The translations under genes were made by a program, and so were the position numbers. From an uncultured delta proteobacterium (GTDB lineage: Bacteria; Myxococcota; Myxococcia; Myxococcales; Myxococcaceae), in the NCBI GenBank assembly GCA_963771175.1, contig CAVYSY010000003.1, forward strand, positions 96,001 to 160,000: a stretch of 64,000 nucleotides of DNA. Reading direction: 5' to 3'. The notes beneath the pieces were generated by a model. It did no database searches. It saw nothing but the letters and a program-made list of their open reading frames with translations, and was not told where the DNA came from. This document shows positions 20,319 to 30,141 of this stretch, piece by piece. Position 1 is the stretch's first letter. Every line of letters starts with the position of its first letter.

Positions 20319-22473
20319 TCACGGGCACGAGGAGACGGGTGTCGCCGGGTTGCCGGTGTTGCGGGCGTCGCGCTGGAACTTGGGCCACGGAGCCAGGGGG
20401 TCAAGACCACGGCTGTCGACGACGAAGGAGTACAGCTTGCCGTCCGGAGGGCACATACAGCACGCCGAGTGGGGGGCAGAAACCGCACTGCCCTCAGGAT
20501 CGCGAGAACAATCGAGCGCAGGCGATGCCTCTACGCGGCCCACGCTGTCATTGAGCCTCCAAAGCATGTTGAGGCCTTCCGTACTCCAAGCCGAAACCTC
20601 GCCGACACCAGGCGAAGGCCCACTCGCAGCAGCCGTGTAGACGAGGTTCGAAGCACCCAGGATCGGCGCCCCTACGAAGCTCCCTGCATTCTGTACGCTG
20701 GCACGAGGCTGCGTGGCGAGCAGGTCAATTGCAGTCAGCTCACCACCAACTGCCTCGCGCCCGTAAAACAAGACATCGTTGGCACCAATGGATATGTTTC
20801 GGACAGGCGGCGCACCAACGAATGGGCTGGATTCTTCTGCAGACCAGAACCATCCGCCTCAAGGAAAGAGAAAACACCGCCCGCTCCCGTCACAGGCAAT
20901 CCAGCACCACCAACAATCCGGTCGACTGTCGAGAACCCCAGCCCCGTTGTCACAGTACCAATCACCGGAGCAGTGAAGCTCGGCTTGGCTACCCACCCCG
21001 TGCCAGCAAAGCGATAGCTTCGCACGCTCGCGTCCTGAGAGCCGAAATAAACATCCGCGCCCTTTGCGATCATGCCAGCTCCTTGTTGGCCGACCGCAGA
21101 CAAAGGGCGGTGCTGCACAGTCGAGATCCCGTCGCTCCAGGCCGAAGCGCGAGGAGAGCATCACCGCTCCCCAAGGTAACGGCCGTTTCGACGGAGTCTC
21201 TTCCACGTCGAACTTGGTACTCATGATTGCGACTGCTGTCGAAACCAAGCCCGATTCGATACCAACTCCCGGGCACCTTCACAACGGAGCCATTCGCCCC
21301 CAATGCGAACAGAACGCCAGTACCACTAGTAACATTGACGCCGACGTACACTCGCTCAACGCCAGCAGAGAATTCGCCTACAGCCGGGCTCCCTTGAATC
21401 GACCCCAGCTGACCCATCCCATTTCCTCGCTCCATCGGGAGTAAGGGCAAACACCCTACCGTTTGAGTCAGCTCGTCCCAAAATAGATGGTTCCCAATTG
21501 GACCAATGGCAGGGCTGGCTCTGATGGCTCCTGCACCTCCGCATTGAAGGACCCACTTCCAGCGCGTCACGTTCACGCTGGTAGCGGAGTCACTACCCGC
21601 ATTGCCAGCCTTATCTCGCCCTGCACTTCAATCGGCATCGAGCCACGGAAGGCATCGAAGGCGAGGCTCCCAAAGCTTCAACTGGGCTACGCCGCAGAAA
21701 CCTGCGTCACAGGCTCCGGTCAAGGACGCCACCCCAACTGCGGGCGCGACACCTCCATCCGTGCCCTTCAGCGCGACCGTCAGAGTGCTCGGGTCCAGAT
21801 TCGGCTCGTTCGTCCGGATCTCCACCGGCACGACCTGATCGCGCCGCCACGCGTTGGCGAGATCCGGGTCTCCGTACGTCGCGCCTCCATCAGTTGCCAT
21901 GCCGGCATCTGCGGGAGGCACCGCCACCGCGAAGGTGGGCGGCGTCGTGTCCACGGTCAGTTGCACGGTGGTGCTCGGTCCACCGGACTCCGGGTATGCC
22001 GCCGTCAGCAGGAACACGCCCTCCCCGGGCGGCGTCCACTGCGCGGTGTAGACTCCCTCGTTCCTCGAAAGCTGGGTCAGCGCCTCGACCGTCCCGCCAT
22101 CGCTCCGCACGACACTGAAGTTCAGGGACTCGGGGAAGCTCGGATTGAACTTCGCACCGAGGACCAACTCGGCCGTCACTGGCACCACGCCCCCGTCCAG
22201 CACACTGCCAGTCCCCGGCGTCACCGTCAGGGCCGTGTACCTCGGTACGCAGCTCAGCGACGCCGTACACGCCTCGTAAGGCGCGCAGCGCGGATCGCAC
22301 CGCTCTGGGTCAACCTCCGACTCGGCGGCGTAGCACAGCCCTCGCTCCTTGTCGCAAATGCCCGTGCCCTCACCACAATCCGCGTCCACCTTGCACGTGC
22401 TCGTGCTGGCCGGTCCGCTACATCCCACGAGCGCTCCCAGCAGCAGCACCGTTCCGAGGACATTGCGAAGCAT
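20319..22473 (-). CDS. Cys-rich/Ig + PQQ-like beta-propeller lipoprotein (several frameshifts)
   Basis: Lipobox LVGC, EGF-like Cys cluster, VDTTPP, repeated SPA[IL] blades, terminal WPKFQRDARNTGN; joins ORFs 21628..22482, 21070..21576, 20735..21118, 20319..20771. Confidence 0.6.
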
Positions 22474-22615
22474 CACGGTCACCTCTCCAAACCCTTTGAC
22501 GGCCCTGTCCCGGTGGATAGCATGGTGCTCCTAGTCGCGGAAGGTTGCGTTCCCGCAGCCACTCCTACACCGAGCATGCATCCGCGATCGCCCCGCCCCT
22601 TCACGAGGGTCCACC

Positions 22616-23635
22616 GTGAAACTTCCTCCTTCCTCGCGGTCCACCCTCCTCGCCCTCGGCCTGCTGCTGGCCCCCTCCGCCTGGGCCCAGACGGACCTCG
22701 TCGCCCTGCACCCGTGCAGTATCGTCGGAGTGAAGGTCAAGCAACAGGTCGAGGACCTCCAGGCCACCTGCGCCACGGAGATGGCCCGTGGCGACGTGCA
22801 GCTCGTGCCCTCCGACCAGGTCCGCGCCTTCCTCGACAAGGAGGCCAGGAGCCCCAAGGAGCCCCAGGGCTCGTGCGCTCGCGCCAAGAAGCCCTCCGAG
22901 TGCCTCGGCAAGCTCGCCACCGCCACCCAGGCCAGCCGCGCCGTCCTCATCACCGTCGACCCCGGACAGCTCACGCGCGTCTCCGGCCTCGTGGTCAATT
23001 CCAAGGGTGACGTGGTCGATCAGAAGAGCATCCAGCTCCGCACCCGGTCCGGTCAGTCGCAGGGAGAGCTCATCCGCACCGCCATCACCCGGCTCCGCGA
23101 GCAGCTCAACCTCGTCCCCTTGAAGATCGCGCCCCTCGTCGAGCAGCCGCCTGCCCCTCCGCCGCTCGTGACGACCCCCGCCCCCACCCCCGAGCCCTCC
23201 ACGGGCACGGCTCAGGTCACTCCGCCTCCCCCCACCCCGGCTCCGCCGGAGGCCATCAGCGTGCGTGAGTCGGGCCCACGCACCAAGCGCACCTGGAAGA
23301 CCCCCGCAGCCTACGCCGGGGCGGGCGTGGGCGTCGTGGGGCTCGGGCTCGGGGTCGTCTTCGCCATCACCGGCAACAACGCGATGGTCGACTCCAACAA
23401 GTTCTACGAGGGCAACAACCTCCCGACCTTCAACCAGTTGGATGAAGTCGTGAGGCTCCGTGAGAAGGCCAGCCGGGATCGCACCATCGCGGGCGTGAGC
23501 GCCGGTGTCGGTGCCGCGCTCGTCGGCGCGGGCGTCTACCTGTGGCTCAACGACCGTCCGGAATCCCCCGCTCCGGGCACCGCTGCCCTCTCCGCGGGCC
23601 CCGGTGGCGTGAGCGTCCACGTCCTCCTTCCCTGA
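22616..23635 (+). CDS. Exported hypothetical protein with Pro-rich linker and C-terminal Gly-rich hydrophobic hairpin
   Basis: Signal peptide ending AWA|Q; GVGVVGLGLGVV and GVGAALVGAGVYLW segments. Confidence 0.7.
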   Translation: MKLPPSSRSTLLALGLLLAPSAWAQTDLVALHPCSIVGVKVKQQVEDLQATCATEMARGDVQLVPSDQVRAFLDKEARSPKEPQGSCARAKKPSECLGKLATATQASRAVLITVDPGQLTRVSGLVVNSKGDVVDQKSIQLRTRSGQSQGELIRTAITRLREQLNLVPLKIAPLVEQPPAPPPLVTTPAPTPEPSTGTAQVTPPPPTPAPPEAISVRESGPRTKRTWKTPAAYAGAGVGVVGLGLGVVFAITGNNAMVDSNKFYEGNNLPTFNQLDEVVRLREKASRDRTIAGVSAGVGAALVGAGVYLWLNDRPESPAPGTAALSAGPGGVSVHVLLP

Positions 23636-23784
23636 AACCCGGTGGCCTTCTTCCCCCAGGGGCGCGCGTCACCGTCCGCGAGCGCGTGGACCGGGCTGAG
23701 GAGGAACGCCGCCGGCCGTGTGGAGAGCGCGGAGCCACCTCAGTGCGCGAGCGAGGCGGTTCATCCCGTGGGCCCTGAGTCTCA

Positions 23785-23852
23785 GGGCCAGCGCCAGACG
23801 GGGCTCACTGGGGCTCGTATTTGTAGATCTCGGGCCAGCGCCAGACGGGGCT
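23785..23852. repeat. Perfect 21-bp direct repeat at the kinase 3' end
   Basis: gggccagcgccagacggggct at 23785-23805 and 23832-23852. Confidence 0.9.
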
Positions 23853-25598
23853 GATCGGCAGCTCTCGGGCCAGCAGTGCGGCCCCGGGCATGGAGCCCGC
23901 GGCCTTGGGCACAAGCCCGTAAGGCGCGTCGCCCAGTACGATGCACACGGGGTATTTCCGCCCATCCGGCAACACGGCCACGGTGTAGCGGCCCAGGGCG
24001 GAATCATCCTTGAAGCCGGTTGAGTCCACCTCGTAGATGCCGGGGCCCGTCCAGAGGCGGCCCTGTAGCAGCGTCCCCACGGGCAGCTCGCCCGCGCCCC
24101 TCGTGAGGCGCCCGATGACGGGGCCATCCTGGTAGACGCCCGCCTCGCTCTGATCGCCGGGTTGTTTGATGTCCACGACGGCCCGAAGATCGTTGCCCGG
24201 CCTGATCTTCAACTGCTTCATGGCCGCGATCGCGTCCTTGGGGCAGTCCTCGGCCTTCGGGGGCCTCACCTGAGCGGCGGGGCAGCCAAGGCCGGCAACG
24301 GAGCACAGCCAGGCCGCGAGGAAACGCGACGGGGAGGAGGGAGAAGTGGTGGACACGGGCGTGCTTCCTTTCTCGGAATGGCCAGACCCAGGCAGCAGCG
24401 CCTCGGGTGGGCCCGCGAGTGTGGACCGCGCCAGCCACAAGGCAAGGCCGAGCACCGTCAGGCACGCCAGCAGGACGAGGAGCCATCTCGCGTGTAGCGG
24501 GCGGCTCGCGGGAATGGCGGGAGCCTCCCGCTGCCCCTCCGGCTGGGGCTCCTCCTCCTCGGGAGGCGGTGCCTCTTCCGAGGCCTCGTCCGTCATTTCC
24601 GACAACCGGGCCGGCTGTGCCACTTCCTCGGACGAGGGCTCCGCCGGAACTCCCTCCGCCGCGAAGAGCGGCACCGTCCAGGAACTGGAGGTGCGCTCCT
24701 TGCCCGCGTCCTCCAGGGCCCGCAGCAGCGCCTCGGCGTCGGGGTAGCGATCCTCGGGCCGTTTCTCCAACAGCTTCAGGGCGATGTCACCGAGAGACCT
24801 CGGTGCCCTCGGATTGAGGAGGTGCGGCGCCTTGGGGGGCACGGTGGCGATGATCGCCAACAACAACGTGTCCGGCAGCTCGGGGTTGAAGGGATGAAGG
24901 TCGGTGAGACCCTGGTAGAGCAGCACGCCCAGTGCGTACAGGTCCGCGGCCACTCCTCCTCGGAAGGGCACGCCCTCCTTCCACGCCTCACTGCGCGTAT
25001 AGGCGAGGACTTCTGGAGGCAGCAGGTGGATGACGCCCGGCGGCAGGTCCCGCGTCCGGGTGAAGGCCCCCGGCAGGCGCACGTTGCCGAAGTCGATGAG
25101 GACGGGCCTGCCGTCCTCCCGGCGGATGAGGACGTTCTCCGCCTTCAAGTCCCGGTGGTACACGCCGCGCGAGTGCAGCACTCCCACCGTGCGCACCACC
25201 TCGGAGAAGGCGTCCAGCAGCTCGCCAGCATGGGGGGGAGTCCTCCAACGCCATCCGTGCCAGGTGTCCGCTTCCACGAAGTCCGTCACGAAGAAGAGGT
25301 AGCCCTTCCGAGGGTGGGGCCAGCAGTCCACCGCGTGCACGCGCAGCAGGTTGGGCAGGGGCGAGTACGTCAGCAGCGCCGCCACCTCGCGCCTCATCCG
25401 CCAGGAGGTCTCCTCCTCCTCTTCGTCCTTGTCGGTGGAGCTGGGCCGCAGCGCCATCTTCATCGTGAAGAAGAGACCCTCGCGCTCCACCTTGAAGACG
25501 CGGCCGAAGCCGCCAACCCCCAGCCGATCCACGATGCGCCAGGGGCCCACCATGTGGCCGGGCTGGAGATGATCCGGGTGATGGACTTCCGTCGTCAT
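23805..25598 (-). CDS. Membrane Ser/Thr protein kinase with extracytoplasmic C-terminal domain
   Basis: GVGGFG, HRDLKAEN, DFG, DLYALG; TM WLLVLLACLTVLGLALWL. Confidence 0.9.
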   Translation of the reverse strand: MTTEVHHPDHLQPGHMVGPWRIVDRLGVGGFGRVFKVEREGLFFTMKMALRPSSTDKDEEEEETSWRMRREVAALLTYSPLPNLLRVHAVDCWPHPRKGYLFFVTDFVEADTWHGWRWRTPPHAGELLDAFSEVVRTVGVLHSRGVYHRDLKAENVLIRREDGRPVLIDFGNVRLPGAFTRTRDLPPGVIHLLPPEVLAYTRSEAWKEGVPFRGGVAADLYALGVLLYQGLTDLHPFNPELPDTLLLAIIATVPPKAPHLLNPRAPRSLGDIALKLLEKRPEDRYPDAEALLRALEDAGKERTSSSWTVPLFAAEGVPAEPSSEEVAQPARLSEMTDEASEEAPPPEEEEPQPEGQREAPAIPASRPLHARWLLVLLACLTVLGLALWLARSTLAGPPEALLPGSGHSEKGSTPVSTTSPSSPSRFLAAWLCSVAGLGCPAAQVRPPKAEDCPKDAIAAMKQLKIRPGNDLRAVVDIKQPGDQSEAGVYQDGPVIGRLTRGAGELPVGTLLQGRLWTGPGIYEVDSTGFKDDSALGRYTVAVLPDGRKYPVCIVLGDAPYGLVPKAAGSMPGAALLARELPISPVWRWPEIYKYEPQ

Positions 25599-25610
25599 GG
25601 TCCGGCCCTC

Positions 25611-26489
25611 CTAAAACTTCACATTGGGAATGAGCAGGCGCCGGCCGCCGGTCTTGTCCACCAGCTCCAACTGAAGGGCAGCATCTGCCATCCAGTCGAG
25701 CGCCTCCGTCTCCACCGCCACGAGCCCCTCCTCCCCGGGCCCGAGCCGCGCCTTGTTCATGCGCACGGAGAGCACCTTCACGGAGGTGCCGTCCGCCCAA
25801 GTGAGTCGCGCGCCTCCTGGCTCCCAGGGCTGCTGCCCCGGAAGGTTGTGCAGGCGGACGACGGCGAGCGCCCAGGAGCTGGCGCGATACGCCGTGCCAT
25901 CCTCCGCCTTCAGCCCACTCCGAGGGTCGAGGACTCCTGCGATGCGCCGGGCCTGAACCCCATCCAGGTCGAGTCGCCCCGAGAACGCGAGCCCGACGGG
26001 CCCGCTCACGGCCTGGAGCGCCGCGAGCTCCGCCTCCTTCTCCTTCAGCGCCGCCTCCAGCGCCCCCACCGTGCGGGGACGGCGCACCACCTCCACCTCC
26101 TTGTCCACCAGCGTGGGGTGGGAGACGAGGGAGAAGGTGGCGTACGCCGGACTGGCGCCGTCCTTGTAGCGCACCCGGACGCTCAGCTTCTCCGCGGCGC
26201 CCAGTTCCACTGCGGGCTGAAGGCTGAGGGTGCTCTCCCCCGGGTCCACCAGCCGGAAGCGCGTCGTCCGACCCTCGACCTCCACCGAGCCCCTCTCAAT
26301 GGGCGCGTCGAAGACGAAGAGGGTGACGACATCGGCGGCGACCCGCACCTCCGGCACGGGCTCGTGGGGACTGCTGGGAACGAAGACCTGCCGCTGCCGC
26401 TGCTCTCGAGCCAGGGGTTGGGGCTGAGCCGCCGCCGTCACCCCCGTCAGGAAGAGGACGAGCGGTAACCACGGGAGAAGTCGTGCCAG
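25611..26489 (-). CDS. DUF2381-family exported protein (probable CTG start)
   Basis: PEVRVA...TLFVFDAPI, VRYKDGASP, LHNLPGQQPW; GGAGGT RBS 8 nt before an in-frame CTG that yields a complete signal peptide. Confidence 0.8.
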   Translation of the reverse strand: MARLLPWLPLVLFLTGVTAAAQPQPLAREQRQRQVFVPSSPHEPVPEVRVAADVVTLFVFDAPIERGSVEVEGRTTRFRLVDPGESTLSLQPAVELGAAEKLSVRVRYKDGASPAYATFSLVSHPTLVDKEVEVVRRPRTVGALEAALKEKEAELAALQAVSGPVGLAFSGRLDLDGVQARRIAGVLDPRSGLKAEDGTAYRASSWALAVVRLHNLPGQQPWEPGGARLTWADGTSVKVLSVRMNKARLGPGEEGLVAVETEALDWMADAALQLELVDKTGGRRLLIPNVKF

Positions 26490-26542
26490 GGTGGAATACC
26501 TCCAGAGTCCACCCTAGCAAATGTCCCACCCAGGCAAGCCCG

Positions 26543-27298
26543 CTACTCGCCGAGGTAGGCCTTGCGAATCTCCGGGCTCTCCAGCAGCGCCTTGCCCGGA
26601 CCCGCCATCACCACCTCGCCCGTCTCCAGCACGTAGCCGTAGTGGGCGAAGTTCAGCGCCAGGTGCGCGTTCTGCTCCACCAGCAGGATGCTCACGCCCG
26701 CGGCGTTCACGTCGCGCAGGTTGCGGAAGATGGTCTCCGTCACCTGCGGCGCCAGCCCCAGCGAGGGCTCGTCCAGCAGCAGCAGCTTGGGCCGGCTCAG
26801 CAGCGCGCGGGCAATGGCCAGCATCTGCTGCTCGCCGCCCGACAGCGTCCCCGCGAGCTGCTTGCGCCGCTCCTTCAGCTTCGGGAAGAGCACGTAGCTC
26901 TTCTCCATGTCCTCGTCGATGGCGTCCGTGTCCCGGCGCAGGTAGGCCCCCAGCTCCAGGTTCTCCAGCACCGTCAGGTTGGGGAAGATGCCTCGCCCCT
27001 CGGGCGCGTGCGCCATGCCCCTCGGCACCAGGGTGTGCGCCTTCGCCCCGGTGGTGTCCTCGCCCCCGAACGTGATGCGTCCGCCCACCGGCTTCAGCAT
27101 CCCGCTCACCGCGCGCAGCGTGCTCGTCTTCCCCGCCCCGTTGGCGCCGATGAGCGCCACCACCTCGCCCTTGCCCACCTTCAGCGTCACGCCCTTGAGC
27201 GCCTGGATGGCCCCGTAGGACACCTTCACGCCGTCCACCGCCAGCAGCGGCGGGAACTCCTGACGCTCGCCCAGCAACTTCAGCTGTGCCTCGCTCAC
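26543..27298 (-). CDS. livF: Branched-chain amino acid ABC ATPase LivF
   Basis: GANGAGKT, PEGRGIF, LSGGEQQMLA, LDEPSLGLAP. Confidence 0.93.
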   Translation of the reverse strand: MSEAQLKLLGERQEFPPLLAVDGVKVSYGAIQALKGVTLKVGKGEVVALIGANGAGKTSTLRAVSGMLKPVGGRITFGGEDTTGAKAHTLVPRGMAHAPEGRGIFPNLTVLENLELGAYLRRDTDAIDEDMEKSYVLFPKLKERRKQLAGTLSGGEQQMLAIARALLSRPKLLLLDEPSLGLAPQVTETIFRNLRDVNAAGVSILLVEQNAHLALNFAHYGYVLETGEVVMAGPGKALLESPEIRKAYLGE

Positions 27299-28147
27299 GC
27301 CGCCCCTCCGTGCGACTCCAGGTAGCTGTCTCCCAGGTACGCCTCGATGACCTTCCGGTCGTTGCGCACCTCGGCCGGCGCGCCCCGGGCGATCGTCTCA
27401 CCGTGGTCCAGCACGGTGATCTTCTCGCAGATGCCCATCACGAGCTTCATGTCGTGCTCGATGACCAGGATGCCCAGGTTGAACTCGTCCCGGAGCTTGC
27501 GGATGAGCACCATCAGGTCCGCCTTCTCGCGGGTGTTCATGCCCGCCGCCGGCTCGTCCAGCAGCAGCACCTTGGGCCCCGTGCCCAGCGCGCGGGCGAT
27601 CTCCAGCCGCCGCTGCTCGCCGTACGGCAGGTTGCGGGCCTCCTCGTCGCGCCGGTGCGCCAGCCCCATCACCTCGAGCAGGCGCTCGGCCTGCTGCGTG
27701 AGCTCGCGCTCCTCGGCCTGGAAGCCCGGCGTCAGCATCAGCGCCCGCCACCAGTCGCGGTAGTTGCTCACCGCCCCGCGCGAACTTCGCCCCCAGCCCG
27801 ACACCCCCGGGGTGGAGAGCCCCCTGCGCCCGGCAGGCCACCTTCACGTTGTCCAGCGCCGTCAGCGCCCTGAAGAGGCGGATGTTCTGGAAGGTGCGCG
27901 CCAGCCCCAGGTGGTTGATCTGATGCGGCAGCAGCCCGTTCACCCGCTGCCCGGCCACGCGCACCTCGCCCTGGGAGGGCTGGTACACGCCGGTCAGCAC
28001 GTTGAAGGCGGTCGTCTTGCCCGCGCCGTTGGGGCCGATGAGGCCCTGCAGGTCTCCCTTGTGGATGGCGAGGTTGAAGTCCGAGAGCGCCTTGAGGCCT
28101 CCGAACTGGATGCTCACCCCCACTGCCTCCAGCAGCGGCCCGCTCAT
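27295..28147 (-). CDS. livG: Branched-chain amino acid ABC ATPase LivG (frameshifted near 27780-27820)
   Basis: GPNGAGKTT, ARTFQNIRLF, LPYGEQRRLEIARAL, IEHDM. Confidence 0.9.
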
Positions 28148-29203
28148 CACATCCCCTTCCGCCGGCGAGGTATCCACCGCGGCACGATCTCCCAGAGTTC
28201 CTTCGTGCCGAACAGCCCCTGCGGCCTCGAGAGCATCAGCACCACCAGCAGCAGGCCGTAGATCGGCATGCGGATCTGATCCACCTTCTGCGCCAGGCTC
28301 CCCTCCGTCCCGAAGGCAGGTGAAGGCCGAGCGCAGCCCCTCGGGCAGCAGCGTGAGGAACACCGCCGCCACGATGGCGCCCGTGGTGGAGCCCAGCCCG
28401 CCCAGCACCACCATCACCACGATCTCCATCGACTTCACGAAGGTGAAGGAGCCCGGGTTGATGATGGGGACGAAGTGCGCGAACAGCCCGCCCGCCACGC
28501 CCGCGAAGAAGGAGGAGATGACGAAGGCGCGCACCTTGTAGCCCGGTGGTGTTGACGCCCATGGCCTCGGCGGCCACCTCGTCCTCGCGGATGGCCCACA
28601 GGCTGCGGCCGTGGCTGGAGCCGGCGATGCGGCGCGCCACCAGCACCACCAGGAACACCCAGAAGCCCACCATGGCCACCGAGGACGTCTGCGGAATGCC
28701 CGACAGGCCCAGCGCCCGGCCGAAGGCCTCCGTGTTCTGCACCACCACGCGGATGATCTCCCCGAAGCCCAGCGTCACGATGGCCAGGTAGTCCCCGCGC
28801 AGGCGCAGGGAGGGCAGGCCCACCAGGAAGCCGCTGATGGCGGCGGCCGAGGCCCCCCATCAGCAGCGCCACCACCAGGAACACCTGGTCGCTCACCGCC
28901 ACCGGCAGGAAGGAGATGCGCCACGTCCTTGAGCGCCAGCGACGTCACGCCCGCGATGTAGGCCCCCACCGCCATGAAGCCCGCGTGGCCGATGGAGAAC
29001 TGGCCCGTCATCCCGTTCACGATGTTGAGGCTCACCGCGAGGATGACGTTCACCCCGATGATGGACAGCAGGTAGGTGGCGAACGGGGAGGCGCTCAGCA
29101 GCCACTCGAGGACGAGCAGCACTGGCAGCGCCAGCAGCACGGGGAGGATGCCCTTGAGGGAGGCGGGAACCCCCGAGGAAGAGGGAACGGCGGCGGTTCG
29201 CAT
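28147..29203 (-). CDS. livM: Branched-chain amino acid ABC permease LivM (multiple frameshifts)
   Basis: GQFSIGHAGF, LRLRGDYLAIVTLGFGE, IREDEVAAEAMG, VVLGGLGS. Confidence 0.88.
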
Positions 29204-29211
29204 GCGCGGCG

Positions 29212-30141
29212 TCAGACCTTCTCCGCCGCGACCCGGCCGAACAGACCACCGGGCCGGACGAGCAGCACGAGGATGAGGAAGCCGAAGGCCACCGCGTCAC
29301 GCCAGGTGCTCGCGGCGTAGCCCACCACGAACTCCTCCACCAGGCCCAGCAGCAGCCCGCCCACCATGGCCCCCGGCACGTTGCCGATGCCGCCGATGAC
29401 GGCCGCCACGAAGGCCTTCAGGCCCACGTACATGCCCATCAGCGGGCTCACCGAGGTGTCCTTGATGGCGTACAGCAGGCCCGCGCCCGCGGCCAGCGCG
29501 CTGCCGAGCATGAAGGTCAGCGAGATGACCCGGTCCGTGGGGATGCCCATCAGCGCCGCCACTCGGTGGTCGAAGGAGACCGCCCGCATCGCCCGGCCAA
29601 AGCGCGTGCGGTACACGAGGTACTGCAGCACCACCATCATCGCCACCGCCACCAGCAGCGAGATGATCTGCCAGTTCCACAGCACCACGTCCGGGAACTC
29701 GGGGTCCCCCAGGGTGAACCACTGCGAGGGCTTGATGATTTGAGGGAAGGCCCTCGGCGCCGCGCCCGGCAGGAAGCCGATGTCGAGCTGGAAGCCGTAC
29801 GAGAGCGTGAACGAGATGCCGATGGCGGTGATGAGCGAGGTGAGCCGGGGCTTCTCGCGCAGGGGCCGGTAGGCGAAGCGCTCGATGAGGAAGCCCATGA
29901 GCGCGCAGCCCCCCATGGCCACCAGGAAGATGAGCAGCACGCCCCACATGGAGCTCTGCGCCTGACGGCCGAGCGCGAAGGCCGTCGCGTAGCCCATGTA
30001 CACGCCCACCATCATCACGTCGCCGTGGGCGAAGTTGATGAGCTTGAGCACGCCGTACACCATCGTGTAGCCGAGCGCGACGAGCGCGTAGATGGTGCCC
30101 GCGGCAATGCCGTTGATGAGATGCTGGAGGAGTTCGGCCAT
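29212..30141 (-). CDS. livH: Branched-chain amino acid ABC permease LivH
   Basis: YALVALGYTMVYG, NFAHG, GLKAFVAAVIGGIG. Confidence 0.93.
   Translation of the reverse strand: MAELLQHLINGIAAGTIYALVALGYTMVYGVLKLINFAHGDVMMVGVYMGYATAFALGRQAQSSMWGVLLIFLVAMGGCALMGFLIERFAYRPLREKPRLTSLITAIGISFTLSYGFQLDIGFLPGAAPRAFPQIIKPSQWFTLGDPEFPDVVLWNWQIISLLVAVAMMVVLQYLVYRTRFGRAMRAVSFDHRVAALMGIPTDRVISLTFMLGSALAAGAGLLYAIKDTSVSPLMGMYVGLKAFVAAVIGGIGNVPGAMVGGLLLGLVEEFVVGYAASTWRDAVAFGFLILVLLVRPGGLFGRVAAEKV

Noticed and set aside
20450..21620. Mobile element or prophage island
   Set aside because: No transposase, integrase or terminal repeats; the region reads as the continuation of one lipoprotein gene
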